DNA of 63,179 bases, counting the filler, from Reclinomonas americana ATCC 50394 (Eukaryota), in assembly GCA_048213135.1 (NCBI GenBank). It is 3 parts of 2 records of this genome, joined end to end, with 100 filler letters (N's around TTAATTAATTAA, not from the genome) between each part and the next. Parts side by side here need not be neighbours in the genome. Positions count along the whole stretch, not along the records: positions 1 to 27,222 come from PS015194.1; positions 27,323 to 57,815 come from PS015194.1; 1 more part is not named here. One strand, 5' to 3'. The notes beneath the pieces are model-generated. The model ran no database searches. It worked only from the letters and a program-made list of their open reading frames with translations, and was not told where the DNA came from. The first letter of the stretch is position 1. Every line of letters begins with the position of its first letter. Shown here piece after piece: positions 25,301 through 38,754 of this stretch. The translations under genes were made by a program, and so were the position numbers.

Positions 25301-27222
25301 TTGCCGCCACTGCTGCATTCGGGTCCAGCTCGGCCTCAAAGCCGCGTCCGTGCGGCGCAGCCGACGCACCCACGGTGGTGGGAGCGACGGCCGGCGGCAC
25401 ATCACCGGCATCGAGTGAGTCATCGTCGTGCATGTCTGCATCACACGGTCAGATGCACTCAGACAAACGCGCACACACGCACACACTGCATAATAGAGGG
25501 CGAACCAGGCTCCGAGTCGTCGTCTTCTTCGAGAATCAGTGCCTTTGCCACATCCAGCGACACCATGACGTACGTGGACAGCCAGTTCACTGGACGTGCT
25601 GTCGCTGCCATCGATCGACCAGTAGCCGGACTGTTGGATCGTGAGTGTGAGAATGAAATGCCCGTCACGCAAGTGCGCAGAAAAAACGAAACTTTGCCGC
25701 ATTCCAACTCGCTCCGCCCGGCGCCGTCGTGAATGTGTTCCCCGAAGCCGTCAACATGTCGCACATCACATCAATGACCACCGGATGGCCGGAGCACACC
25801 GCGTAGCTGCAGAGAGAACTCATGGTCTCGAGAAGGAAGTGCATGGCCTGCACGTGGCACCAGTCTGGCCGAGAGACTCGCACAAGACATTCTTGCACGC
25901 GCACCAGGAGGCGCAAGAAGAGGTGCACGGTCTGCGAGCAGACCGTGCGCGAGTTCGACAGTGCCGTGTGCAGGTACGATGAGAGCACCTCCAAATGTCT
26001 GGTCACTTCGGTCCACGCGCCCACCTACAAGGAGACAAGGCGTGAGGTGAGTGGCATGTCAGGATGTGTGCGTGCGCACCAGGCAAACAAACCGACGGCT
26101 GTGCCTCCAGTGTGGCCAACACGGCTTTCAGCGAGCCGGCAAGCCGCCACAGGAAACGATTGGAGGAGGACGATGATGACACAAAAATCTCGGTCGGCGG
26201 TGCTGTCAGAACATCACGCAACAATGAGTTGACTGACGTCGAGGTGCATCGCCACGCAAAAAAAGGCATCAGCGACGCAACACAAGGCGGCAAGATTGAG
26301 CTGGTACATGTTGCGATAGACAGGTTGCGGCGCCGACATGGAGAGCGGATTGACACCGAGTGAGTTTTGTCGCGCCACAGTGCGCGGTCGCTGACTCAAC
26401 GCGAGACCTATTCGTGCACCGCTGTCAGCCAGAAATGCCTCGACACAGAGCGGCGGCGAGCTGACGCAACTGGTCGGAGTCGGCGCCTGGTCAGAAGGAC
26501 TGGAGGGCGATTCGCGACCGCTGACAGGGCCAACAGAAACACCCGAGAGCGACAGTGCGGCGCTGTTCGGTGGCCGGTAGGTGGAGGCTGACGAGCGCGG
26601 CTTCCGTGAACTTGACTGCGGCCCGTCCGGCATCCGCGCCGAGTACACCCCACGTGCCGAGGAGTCTTCTGGACTCATGAACAACGCGCTGCCACCGCCA
26701 CCACCTCCTGCACCAGCGCCGATGACACCAAAGCCCCCATCTGGTGATGATGACGGCCTCGTGAGCACGCTGACCATGCGCTCTGGTGCCGTTGACGAAA
26801 GGGCCAACATCGATCGCGGTTCAGCAGCCGGCGCCGTGAAATGCAGAAGAATGCGATGAGCGAATTGACGTGCCCTCTGTGCCCAGGCGTTAGCAACGGT
26901 GGAAAACGACAACTGCAGAGCAGCGGGAAATGCACCAGCGAGAGTAGGCCAGCAATGTTTTGCGCCTGCATGTCTCGCTCGCGCACAGTCGGGATCAGCA
27001 TCGGGTGGTTCCAGTTGTACTCAAAGTCCGGGCGCAGCTTCCGCAGGAAATAATCGTGGAACGAGAAGTCGTGAGCGGGGTGGTGACCGAGACTCATGTG
27101 TCGCAGACGACGGACTGCGTGCGAGTGCACCATAAGCAGCGCGAAAGAATCCGCCACTCAACACGAGTGCACACCACGCACCTTGCTTCTGGAACACGAC
27201 GTGTGGCGCGAGAGCGGCGTGC
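16345..27222 (-). CDS. Very large Ser/Thr protein kinase with C-terminal DSP-like pseudophosphatase and Cys-rich region (5'-truncated at linker)
   Basis: AAGAFGSVY, VVK, HFDLKCDN, ADFGES, GTECIKSPE, SDVWSLGCLLYE at ~18800-19900. DSP-like VLVISENGLMHG..LYLMH..EAYLWLQHQRP at ~17535-17665. Many further minus-strand exons upstream. Confidence 0.75.
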
Positions 27223-27266
27223 NNNNNNNNNNNNNNNNNNNNNNNNNNNNNNNNNNNNNNNNNNNN

Positions 27267-27278
27267 TTAATTAATTAA
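27267..27278. other. Artificial six-frame stop linker (scaffold junction)
   Basis: TTAATTAATTAA flanked by N runs. Confidence 0.95.
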
Positions 27279-27322
27279 NNNNNNNNNNNNNNNNNNNNNN
27301 NNNNNNNNNNNNNNNNNNNNNN

Positions 27323-30300
27323 GGTCGTGCCTCGAGTACCCACGTCAATAACAAGTTGGTGGGTTTCCGACTCATCTGCGCGCGTCAGTTTAGTGCACAA
27401 GGCGCCGACGTATCGCTTCTCATTTTTCTATTCTCTACCTGCTCGCGGATTGCAGGCGACACGGTGAGTTCCGACAGCGCGGCAAGCAGCAGGTACTGTG
27501 CGAATAGAGAGAGATCGTCTCCAAAGTCGATCCGTCGCAGGTCGGCTGTTCGTCCGCCTGATCGGAGCGACGAAACGCCATCCTGCCGCGATGCAACACA
27601 CAAGGTCAGTGTCAAGGTCGACTGACAATAGTGTGCCGCCACGTTACGCAACCGTGCGACGTGGCGATGCCTCGCTGTAAACATTGGAGTGAACACTCAT
27701 GGCCAGGTCGGTGGTGGCGTGAATCGTGTTCACATGCTCCGAGTCCATGTTGTGCGGAATGACGGCGACTGGAGGCTTCAGACCCACCAGTCCGGTGAGA
27801 TCGCCGGCAACGACTGTGCGANNNNNNNNNNNNNNNNNNNNAGACGGAGCGACCACGACCTGCTCCACTCTTGGTGGAACCCGACAGGTGAGCGAAACCA
27901 TACCTCCGTCCCACCGCTACGCCTTGCGTGTTCTCAATCAGTCCATCGCCCCTCGCAGGGTACCCGGCTCCGCGAACGGCAGCAATGGCGACGGTGCGAA
28001 CGGCAACCGCCACTCATCGGCGGCGTTTCCGTACCTGTCGCGCTACTTTGCCGATGGCATGATCCCCGAGGTTTGTCGTTTTTTTGCGGCCTCCTCATGA
28101 TTCATCATTTTTCGCTGACCTGTCGCGGCAGTCGGTCGAGGCGAGTCCGGGCGAGGACCAGGAACCGACGACACCACAGCTCGGCACGCCAACATCGCCC
28201 GCTCAAGGTAATCCACATAGTGTCGTTCGGTCTCATATCCGGCGATGAGACTCACTTTTTCTTCGTGCTGTGAATCGACGCAAATAGGCTTGTCTGGTCG
28301 TTCCGTGTCACCGGATCCGCGACGCAGCGGCAGTCAATTGCTGCCGCCGTTGCTTGCCAGTGCACGACGCGGACTCAACGACGAGTGGGGTGACTCGCCG
28401 AGGGAGGACTCACCAAAGAGTGCCGTCACCAACGACAGCAACACGACACATGACGACAGCACCGATCGCCATCCGGTAACCACCTCTTCGCATTGCGAGA
28501 CCAAAAAGTGTGCTGTGTCTCGCCGCTCACTGTGTGCCTCCGCAGACCGTGGCGCAGGTCAACGGCCTGGCCATCCCGTCGCTTCCCATTCACGTGGTGC
28601 GCGAGGACTCGACTTCCAGCTTCTCACGCTCCACTCGTCGCAACGTCATGCCGGGCGCCATGACCCCGACACTATTGCCGTCGCCCGGTGACGTGTACGC
28701 TCAGGAGCGGCGAGGTTTGTGTCGTACAGAGAGATATGCATTCCACCTGTGACTCACGAGGGAGACGGGACGCAGCCTCCGTGGCTCAAACCATGATGCT
28801 GCTGGCCAACGGTCCCGGTGCAGCGGCCTCGGTGGGCGGCGACAGCGTCGTTTCCGCTCGTGCCATCACCGCCATTCAGGAAATGGAAATGTTGGCCACC
28901 AAACTCGGCCAGCTCTGTTGCGTGCTACCGTCTTCTCCCGCCCTACCAAGTGATGGCGTGCTCATTCGNNNNNNNNNNNNNNNNNNNNNNNNNNNNNNNN
29001 NNNNNNNNNNNNNNNNNNNNNNNNNNNNNNNNNNNNNNNNNNNNNNNNNNNNNNNNNNNNNNNNNNNNNNNNNNNNNNNNNNNNNNNNNNNNNNNNNNNN
29101 NNNNNNNNNNNNNNNNNNNNNNNNNNNNNNNNNNNNNNNNNNNNNNNNNNNNNNNNNNNNNNNNNNNNNNNNNNNNNNNNNNNNNNNNNNNNNNNNNNNN
29201 NNNNNNNNNNNNNNNNNNNNNNNNNNNNNNNNNNNNNNNNNNNNNNNNNNNNNNNNNNNNNNNNNNNNNNNNNNNNNNNNNNNNNNNNNNNNNNNNNNNN
29301 NNNNNNNNAACTACCAGTGCGCGCTGCTCCTAATCATGTCGCACGCACTGGTGGACTGCAAACCGCTTCTCATCGCCTTTATTCGCGCCGACGGACCATC
29401 CATGCTCGTGGAGTTGTTTGGTGCACTCTATGTCACTGGAGCCGCCACTGTCTTGTCGCCACTGCTTTCCAACGAGGCGGCGAGCGCCGCCGCTGCCGCC
29501 ACCGCCGCGACGGCTACCGCTGCCGCCAACGGAGGGTCACGAACACCGAGTCATGCTGGGAAACACGGTGGCGGGAGTCTGGACTCGGCAGTTGCTGGTC
29601 ACTTGAGTCCGTCGCGCATCGCAGTCTCGGGGTTCACACCGCNNNNNNNNNNNNNNNNNNNNNNNNNNNNNNNNNNNNNGATAAAGTTCTGTTCGCACAT
29701 GCGCCGCGAATCCGACGGCCCAAACCGCAGTGCAGCCTCCCCCACCGACAACTCACTCATGCGTCGCAGCAACTCGCCAGTCAGTAGTGACACCACATGT
29801 GCGCGATCTGCGACAGACAGATCCGGCGCACCAAGGACGCGCGACACCACCTGGTTCCCCCCCTCATCGTCGTCAATGTGGTGTTGAGGTAGCACGATGC
29901 AGACGAGCACGCACCTGCAGCAGCGCATGAAACGGGCTGCTGCGCACCGGCAGCAGTTCGGCAATGCGAAACACCAACGACAGCACGCCTGCGTCAACCA
30001 ATCGTCTCGTGCCGGCCAACTCATCGGCGTCTTGCAGCACACCGAGCACCGTGAGCAGTGGATGATGCAACCGCTCGGCCACATCGCGCGGCGGCCCCAC
30101 TCGCACCATCGACGCCTCCATCTCATTCACCAACCGCTCGAGTTCCACCAACGCATCCTCGCCCTGCTCGAATCGTCAGTCACCAAATGTCGAGGCTCCC
30201 AAAATCAACAATCTCTCTCTCCCTCACACACCTCACGCTTCTGCGGTCGCGAAGCCCGTCGCGCCGCTGCACTAACGCCCACTGCAGGCACCGACGCTCT

Positions 30301-30651
30301 TCTCTCGCCCGCCACCACAGCCGGTCCCGCAGCCAGCGACGCTCTCTTACGCGCCGCCGCTGCCGTTGCGCCTTCATCGTCATCCTCATCCTCGCCATCC
30401 TCGTGCGAAAAGTAGCGCGCATGTCGCGACGCCACTGGTGGCGTGCCTCCACGCGGCAACACCGTAAACCCGCTTCCATTGAGCGTGTACTCTCCTCCAG
30501 CGGCAGCAGGCGGAGTCGACGCAGCCACGACCATGCCTCCAAACAAGTCAGTGCCTCCATTGCGCGGCGGTGTCACCAGGACATCATGACCACTGCCGTT
30601 GCCGTTGCCTGTGCCTGCACTGCGCACGGCATACGCACTCGCACGACTCAT
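27323..30651 (-). CDS. N-terminal part of a large helical/low-complexity protein, probably the 5' part of the kinase gene; internal contig 27842-29641 appears inverted
   Basis: Minus-strand exons at 27323-27821 and 29680-30651 (ATG 30651). Plus-oriented GT-AG introns and coding frames lie between the gaps. Confidence 0.55.
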
Positions 30652-30865
30652 GGTCGCCGCGTGAGAGATGAAGATGACTGGGGGTGTTTTGAAATTTCGC
30701 GTGATCGTCGCGCGCGCGTGTTTTGGCGCGAAACACATAGACAACTCCCCGCGCTGCGAGAGTGCTGTGTGTGTGTACGTGTGTGTGCAATCGTTGCAGC
30801 TGTGCGTGCGTGTGTGCGCGTGTGAGTTCACGGCGAGCGTGTGTGTGTTTGTGTGAGAGAGAGAG

Positions 30866-33800
30866 ATGAGTGCGCGCCATGGTGACGACGAGGACAAGGC
30901 GAGCGTGGAGTCGCTGTTGCGGCGATTGCAGGTGGTGATGTTGCGGTGTCCGGTGGATGCACGGACGGGGCAGTTTGAGCGCGCTCGCGATGCCTCGCTG
31001 CATGCGTTTCTGTTGCGCGTCTTGTCGGCGCGCTTGGCTGTCGCCTCCTCCTCCTCTTCGTCGTCGAGTGGAGGTGGACGCGTGCAACGCACAGGTGTGT
31101 GCGCGTGTCTGTGTGTGTGCGTGTGCGTGCAGCGATCTCACGTGTGTGTGAGCAGATGAGGCTGGATCCACTGACGCGTATGTGATGGGCGAGATCATCA
31201 AGAAGAGGCGTTGCGTTCGCCCTTGCTCACGTGCTGGGCGGCTGGTTGTGCTGACGGATTCGCTTCCACACGTGCAGTGGCACAGCAGGGACGACCGGCG
31301 GCCGCGGTGGAGTTCTCAGATGCATTTCGGCGACTGGTGGCGCTGCCGATTCTCAAGCGCAAAGGACCGCTGCTGCATGTGCTGTCCACGGTGGCGCGGT
31401 ACAATGCGGCCGTGCAGCATGGCGTTGAGGTGCGCAAGTGGAGAGTGCGTCTGTGCCCTTGCTGTGTTTTTCTTTGCTGACAATGCCGACAGCCGGCACA
31501 CACGGCGTTTGCGGATCTGCTGTTGAAGGACGTGCCGTCTGCTGCAGCTGGCTCCGGCAAGTTGTCGTCAGCGGACAAGACAGTGGCGGTAGCACCGGGC
31601 ACGCGAGGCGATGGCGTCGCATTACCGCCGCCGTCGTCGTCGTCGTCGTCGCCACCCGACGACTTTCTGCAGGGCTTTTCCGATTCTGAGTCGCCCGAGC
31701 ACGGTGCGTCCCGTGGTGCGACGAGGCGAGGGGTCATCGTGGCACTCACCTCGTGTTGCACAACACAGAGTCGGTGCGCGTGTCCGAGTTGGTACTGCTG
31801 CGCGATATGATGTTTGTGCTGCAAGGCATCGACGGACGGCGGATTCGTTTCGACAGCGGGACGAACGCGTATGAAGTCGATAGCGCCGTGTCCGTGCCGC
31901 CCACTTTCCACGCCATGATTCGGCGCATTGGCGAGCTGGGCTGGCTCTACCGAAGGATTTCGACATTTACGCATGCCGTCAGTGCCTCGGCGACCACGAC
32001 CGGACTCGTGGCGCAGAGCTTCTGCTCGACGGTGCAGCAAGAACTGGCCGCCTACTACCGCAGCATTGCCATTTTGGAGACGCAGATGAACTTTGAGGGT
32101 TGCGTCTCCAGTGTGCCGATGCAGCGTGCGAGTTGCGTGTGTGAAAACTGATCCTCTTTTGCTGTCTCTCTCTCTCAGCCGCCAAGGTGCGGTCGGGCGA
32201 GCAACCTGTACACTATCTGTCATTGCGAAAGTTGGTGGTGTGGATGGAGGAGCCGCTGCAGAGGCTGAAACTGATTGCCGTGTTGGTCGATGCGTGTGCG
32301 GAGCTGCATGGCGGCGAGCTGGCATCACGAGTCTACGAGTTCCACAAGCACGGCGATCCATTTGTACAGAGCTTTGTCGACAAGATCCTCCATCAGGTGT
32401 GTGGCGAGTGGGGAAAAAAAAGAGTGGCGAGTGCCCTGCAACTCATTTCCGTGCGTCAAGGTGTGCGTTCCGATTTTGAACATGATCCACCGATGGGTGT
32501 TCGAGGGCACGCTGGAGGATCCGTTTGACGAGTTCTTTGTGGCCTCCAACCCCAACGTAACACCCAATCGACTGTGGCACGACAAGTACTCTCTGCGCGA
32601 AAAGATGCGACCATCGTTCATTTCCGAGGCACTGGCACAAAAGGTGGCGTGACCCGCGGGACTCTGCTTCGTGGTGTCTCTCCCACACTCACTTCCAACA
32701 TGTGTTTGCCTGCCAGATCTTGTCCACGGGCAAGTCCATTAACTTTATTCGCCACTGCATGCGCGACTCGGAGTGGCTGATGGACTCGGGCGCCTCCACC
32801 ACGGCACAGCAGGGTGCGTAGACTGCCACCACTATCGGTGTCTTGTTGCCAACTGATCGCGCTCATTTGTGTTGATCAGCGCTGGCGGCTGGCGACTGGA
32901 CTGTGCTGGAGGGAGTCACTGATCAGGCTGCCGATATCACCAACCGGCACCTCATCACCACGATCTTCTCAAAGTACAAGATCGGCGCCCACATTCTCGC
33001 CCTCAAGCAGTACATGCTGTTGGGCCAGGGCGACTTTATCCAGTACCTGATGGACATTGTCGGGTGAGAACGTGGGAAAGAGGGCGAAAGGGAGATTTCG
33101 CGAGCTCACATCGGCACCGCCTCGCAGACCCGAGCTGAACAAACCGGCGAGCGCCGTGGAGCGACACAACCTGCCGGGCCTGCTCGAGTCAGCAATCCGA
33201 GGCTCCAATGCACAATTCGAGGACGAGAATGTGCTCGACCGGCTGGATGTGCGGCTGCTGCAGGTCAGTGTCCTCGGTTGTTCATCGCAGCTGCGATCGC
33301 GCACTCACCAAGTTGCGCAGGAATCCCCGGGCGACGACGGCTGGGCCGTGTTTTCGTTGGACTACAAGGTGGACGCTCCGATCGACACCATTCTGACCAC
33401 AGAGACGATGAACACGTATCTGCGCATCTTCAAGTACCTGTGGCGCTTCAAGCGCGCCGAACACTCGCTCAGTTCCATCTGGAGCCGGCACATGTCGCTG
33501 GCGCATATGCTGGTGCTGCCGCGTGACGCCGACCTTGCAGCGCTGCTGCATCGGTGCCGTCTGTTGTGCCATGAAATGGCCCACTTCACCTCCAATCTCG
33601 GCTACTTTGTCATGTTTGAGGTGTGGCGTGTGCGCACTCGACACGCTCTCGCCGACGCCACTTATCTCACTGCTGCTGTTTGCTGCGCAGGTGTTGGAAT
33701 GCTCGTGGGAGGAACTGCAGCGCTCCATGCGATCGGCACCGGATCTGGACGCCTTGCTAAAAGCGCACAACCAGTACTTGGATAGCATTGTGGAGCGCTC

Positions 33801-34254
33801 GCTGCTGGGCGACGACAAGGATGTGGAGGCGTTGCGGACGTTGATTACCCGGATTTTGGACCTGATCCTCCAGTTCAGATACGCCCAGGAGCGCGCGTAC
33901 ATGGACCTGGATGCGGAACTGAGTCGCCGGTCGGGCTCCGCCGGTCAGGAGAGCGGCAGTCGGTGGGGCAGCACCAAGACACTGGCAGAGGAACAGGCGG
34001 AGCAGGCGCAGTCGGTGAAACTTGTGCGCTCGATTGCACAGAACGCGCGCCTGACACGCGAAGCCTACTCGGATCTGCTGCACAATCTGATGGATCTCTT
34101 GTCACGCGTCAGCTCCCACGACGACATGCTGAAGTACCTCTCCTTCCGTTGCGTAGTCTGTCCGTCGTTGTCAACAAGCGCGGCGGCGTGTCTCACCCGA
34201 CGTGTTTGAGCAGGTCTCGACTTCAACGAGTACTACGACAATGGAGGCTCGTAG
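30866..34254 (+). CDS. TUBGCP3: Gamma-tubulin complex component 3 (Spc98/GCP3)
   Basis: LLRDMMFVLQGIDG, GELGWLY, GLVAQSFCS, HGDPFV, ALKQYMLLGQGDFIQYLMD, GWAVFSLDYKVDAP, RLDFNEYY. Confidence 0.9.
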
Positions 34255-34347
34255 GCGCGCTCTGTCCTTTCCCCGCTCCGCAGAGGTGGCAAAAAAGAAT
34301 GAAAAAAAGAAACTGTTTGTGATGGGAAAAAATGGCATGCTGCAAGT

Positions 34348-35514
34348 TTACGACATGTAGTTGAGGGGATCGAGTCTGTGTTGATGGGATGGTGAACGAG
34401 GCGCACACGCGTGTCGACACACACACACACACACACACATCGACAGACCTGTACATGTTGCCGTACTGCAATGTTGGAGTCTGGCCGCTCTCGCACTCGA
34501 CCACAGTGACAGCCATGGCTGTGGCAAAGCAGACGTGAGCCAAGCACACACACACGTTGCGCTCGTCGTCTCACGCAACTATCCTCATCCTGAATGTGGT
34601 ACGTCACCGTCACCACACTGGTGCGCAGGAAAAAGTTGAGGACCGCCGTCTGCGACGGCTGGTGGAAACGACCGGAGCACGCCACGCCATTGTAGCTCCA
34701 CAGCAACTGCGTGTCGCCGCCCTTGCCAATCGTCACCTTCATCTCGTAGCCAATCGTTGTGTTGTGCAGACCCTTGCCAAAAGACCAGTACCTACAAGAG
34801 GAAACGTGTCAACACGACGAGACACGAAAAGAAAACACCAAAAGCGGGTCGGCACGCAACAGGTACCGCGTGGTCGGCGATGTGTCCATCTTGCGCACTT
34901 CCTCAATCTGCGCCACCGAGATGGTCAGCAGTGAGAAGCGCAAAGGAGAAGGAGAAGGAGAAGCACAAGGCGCAACTGTCACAATGGAGTTGGTGGATCG
35001 CAAATGCTGCCACGTCCCACCTGATCACAACAACGATTGATGATGATCACGGCAAATGCACAGCAGTGTGATCACTCTCTCTCACCAATCTCGCGGAACT
35101 CCAAGTTGCGCTTCCACGGACCAAGCAGGAACGAGGGAAAGTCGGTGCCACTGCCACACACACGCACACAAGTGAGCATATATATGTGTGTGACTGTGTG
35201 TGTGTGTACCTCGAGGCCGGGAGTGAGGAGGCCGCAGGTGCAGCAGCCGACGAGCCTCCCGCACCTCCTGCTGCAGCAGTCGCCGAGGCACCTGCGCCCG
35301 TAGTGGTTGTTGCTGTTGTTGTGGATGTCGCAGTCGCAGTGGACGACGCATCGGCGGCGGTCTTGCCCTCGGAGAGTGATCGCGAGTGGGGCGCCACTGT
35401 GGAGGAGGCCGAGGGTGGTGCAGAGCCGGAGGCGGCCAGAAGCCGAGCAGAGCTGTTGAAGCGGCTGTTGCTGCCACCGGGAGCGCGGGAGGAGCCAGGG
35501 AACGCGGGGTCCAT
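34348..35514 (-). CDS. Uncharacterised protein (low-complexity N-terminus, beta-rich C-terminal domain)
   Basis: In-frame spliced exons: FLLGPWKRNLEFREIG..YWSFGKG..AVLNFFL..PTLQYGNMYRLDPLNYMS*. Confidence 0.7.
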
Positions 35515-35559
35515 GTGTGTGCTCTCTGCAATCGCTGTCACACAGGACACTGAGGAAGA

Positions 35560-37149
35560 ATGGACGGGTCTGTGAGTCTGCAGGCACTGGCGTTGACCAG
35601 TGTCTCTGGCATGGCCACTGGCATCGGTGTGTGTGCGTGTGAGCGAGTGTTGTCTCCTCTCTCCGTTGCTCATCTGTGATAATGTCGGCGGCCAAGGATC
35701 GTGTGCGGTGTTGGTGTTTGGTGAGGATGCGCATGGAGTGACCAGTGGACGCATGTTGGCCTTGGCGGCGGGTGTGATGCTGCAGGTGAGGCACACACAG
35801 TCGGCGTGTCATTCTCTGCCACTGATGGAGACATTGGGACAGGTGTCGGCCTTTGATCTGCTTCCCGAGGCCGCCGAGGTTTGCTCTTCTCCTCTCGCCT
35901 GCTCACCTCTTGTGCCGTTGTTGCTCACTGCACCTGTCAGGTCATTGGCTGGGCGGAGACGCTGGCTGGCGTTGCGATGATTCTGCGCTGCGCAATGCAT
36001 GCATTTGCATGGACAAGTGCTGACTTTCCCCCCTTGCGCACAGTTCGTTGTCGGCTGTCTGTTGTACTTTGTGCTGGAGCGACTGGTGCCGGAGCCGGAC
36101 TTGAAGGCGTTTGGAGCGCAGCTGTTGCCGACGCCGTCGGCCAGTGGCGCTGCGGTGTCGGCGTCGATGACGGAACGAGTTTTGTCTCTTCTTCTCCTCT
36201 CTCTGAAGCTACTGCGTGCTGATATCGCCTTGTCGACAGCGCCGTCTGCTGCGCACGGGTTTTATTGTGGCGCTCGTGCTGGCGGTTCACAACTTTCGTT
36301 GCGTGGTTGTTCGTGGCACTGTGTTGTGAGATGCCGACGACTGAGAAGGGTTGCGTGCGCAGCCGAGGGAATCGCCGTGTACATTAGTTGTCTCAAAGGT
36401 CTGTGCCGACCGACCCGCCTGATTGTGCGTCGCGCTGCGTGCACTAACCGTGGTGTACGTGTGAACAGGAATGCGCTTCGGCCTGACCATCATGGTTCGT
36501 GTGCTTTTCCTCGCCGGCACCCCTTTTTTCTCAACCAACGCGTCTGTGCTGCAGATTTCCATCATGCTACACAACATTCCAGGCGTGTTGCTCGCTGCGT
36601 TTCTGTTCTCTTCGAGATCGATTCTCATTGCGTGGTGTTGCAGAGGGCGTGGCTGTGGCCTGCAGTATCTACGCCGGCAGTGGCAAGTTTCGCGCGCACT
36701 ACTCCTCTTCAGCGCCACGCTAATTCTCACTGCCGTTGCAGCAAGAAGCAGGCCATGTTCTGGTCGATCCTCACTGGCGTAGCGGAGCCGGTGGGAGCGC
36801 TTCTATTTGCCCTGGTCTTCCAGTTCTTCATCTCGGAGCACATGGTGTCCTTTGTGCTGGCCGTGGGTACGAGCTCTCGCGCCGCCATGTGTCACTTGCG
36901 CGGAGCGCGTCACTCACTCCTCGCACAGTCGCCGGACTCATGTTCACCATCAGCCTCGCCGAGTTGATCCCCACCGCCAGTCGCTTCATCGGCACCACGG
37001 TGAGTTTGGTGATGATTTTTTTCACTCGCTCTAAAACCAAACCTGACAATCCTTGCACTCGCCGCCAGCCGCTGATTGGATTCACCATTATCGGCATGGC
37101 TCTCGTGTTCGCCTGCTCCCTCTTCTTCGATCTCATGGAGATCCATTGA
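35560..37149 (+). CDS. ZIP/ZupT-type metal transporter
   Basis: LALAAGVML, AVHNFPEGIAV, IMLHNIPEGVAVA, TGVAEPVGAL, AGLMFTISLAELIP. Confidence 0.9.
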
Positions 37150-37333
37150 GAAGATAGTTTCACTTTGTAGTAGAAAGCATTGAAAGAGACAGAGACGGTA
37201 CGGTTAATTCGATTGACATCGACGCACAAACACACACTCGCAACCGTGATGGCGAGAGCAGTGTAGATGAGAGGAAGAGCAGAGAGTAGGGGAAATGGAG
37301 AACGCCACGGACACAAACTGGTGCTCCGCCCCA

Positions 37334-38534
37334 CTACACCTTGTCGACGCTGCCGCCGACGGCTGCGCCGCCCCTCGGAGACTTGCGACTCGTCGCCTTT
37401 TGCATCGGTGACCTTGACGAGGAACCGGCGCCGCCTGCCGACGACAGAGTGACGGTGGAGCCAGCAGACGTCTTGTTGGCGGCGTTGCTCGATTTGGGAT
37501 CGTCGAGCAGCATGTCGTCGTCGGCCGGCAACAGAATCAGCGAGTGCAGAGCCAACACTGCGGCGAGCACGTGTAAGCGCCAGATACAACGGAGACGAGC
37601 TCTCCGTGGCCTCCCCACTCACCGCCTGCCATAATGATGACGACCGAGAACACGGTGCCGGCCAGCGAACTAAAGAAGAAGAACAGGGTCGACACTGCAC
37701 ATGTGCCATCGTCAGTCGACGCTCCAGAATGAAGAACACTTCGAAAACGCACCTGTGCCGAGCAGCATAAACAGGCGCTCACGTGGCAACCTGACATGCC
37801 CGATGATCAGCGGGCGGAGTCGGTAGGTGTTGTACACGTAGTACCAGGCGCCGCCGAGAATGCCCAGCGGAATCAACAAGACCGGGTCGAGGAGACTGCC
37901 GTGCAACAGCACTGTGAGAGAATGACACCGTGTCAAGACGAGGGCGGTGACACTACGCAACAGCGCAAACGCCACCGCTCCCGCCGTGATCAGCAGGTAG
38001 TTGAGAGCAAAGTACAACGAATTGCGTTTCAAGCGCGTCCACGCATCCCTGACGCTCACGGGGCGGCTGTCGACCCACACCCTCGTGAATTTCAGGGGCA
38101 GAGACAACACACACACAGCACAGCACAGCACAGCACAGCACAGCACCTCAACCGCGCCACGGCAATCATCGCCGGCCACGGCCGCATGCGCAGCGATCGC
38201 ACGAATCCACTCACGTACTCCAGCGCGTTGCGGAAAGCATTCGCCTCCTGCCAGCCGCGTGGCACATCAATGTCTCCTCCCCCTCCTCGCTCAGAGCATC
38301 ACGCTGCAACACGTACCTCTGGCACCGACAGCTCTGTCTCGCCGTCTTTCCGCGCCTCCTCCTCCTCCTCATCGTCAACAGCAGCTCCACCAGCAGCACC
38401 GGCTGCGGTTGCTGCTGAGGAAGGATCATTGGTCGCCAGTGGCTTGTTGTTGCCGCTGCCTGGCGCACCTCCGCCATACGCACTGCTGCCTCCACTCAAC
38501 AGGAGAGACGACTGCGCATCTTGATCGCCACCCT
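37334..38534 (-). CDS. PRA1 (prenylated Rab acceptor) family protein; 5' end uncertain
   Basis: RPVSVRDAWTRLKRNSLYFALNYLLI, hydrophobic hairpins, LALHSLIL. Confidence 0.75.
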
Positions 38535-38754
38535 GCGCGCGCGCGAAACACGCAGACACACGCACGTGCAGAGAATGAACGAAATTGAGATGCACATCAT
38601 CACACGCACAAAGAGAGAGAGAGAGAGAGGGAGTGTGTGTGTGTGTGTGANNNNNNNNNNNNNNNNNNNNNNNNNNNNNNNNNNNNNNNNNNNNNNNNNN
38701 NNNNNNNNNNNNNNNNNNNNNNNNNNNNNNNNNNNNNNNNNNNNNNNNNNNNNN

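Noticed and set aside
27267-27278. TTAATTAATTAA as a biological palindrome or transposon target
   Set aside because: Identical 12-mer embedded in Ns twice; a standard concatenation linker.
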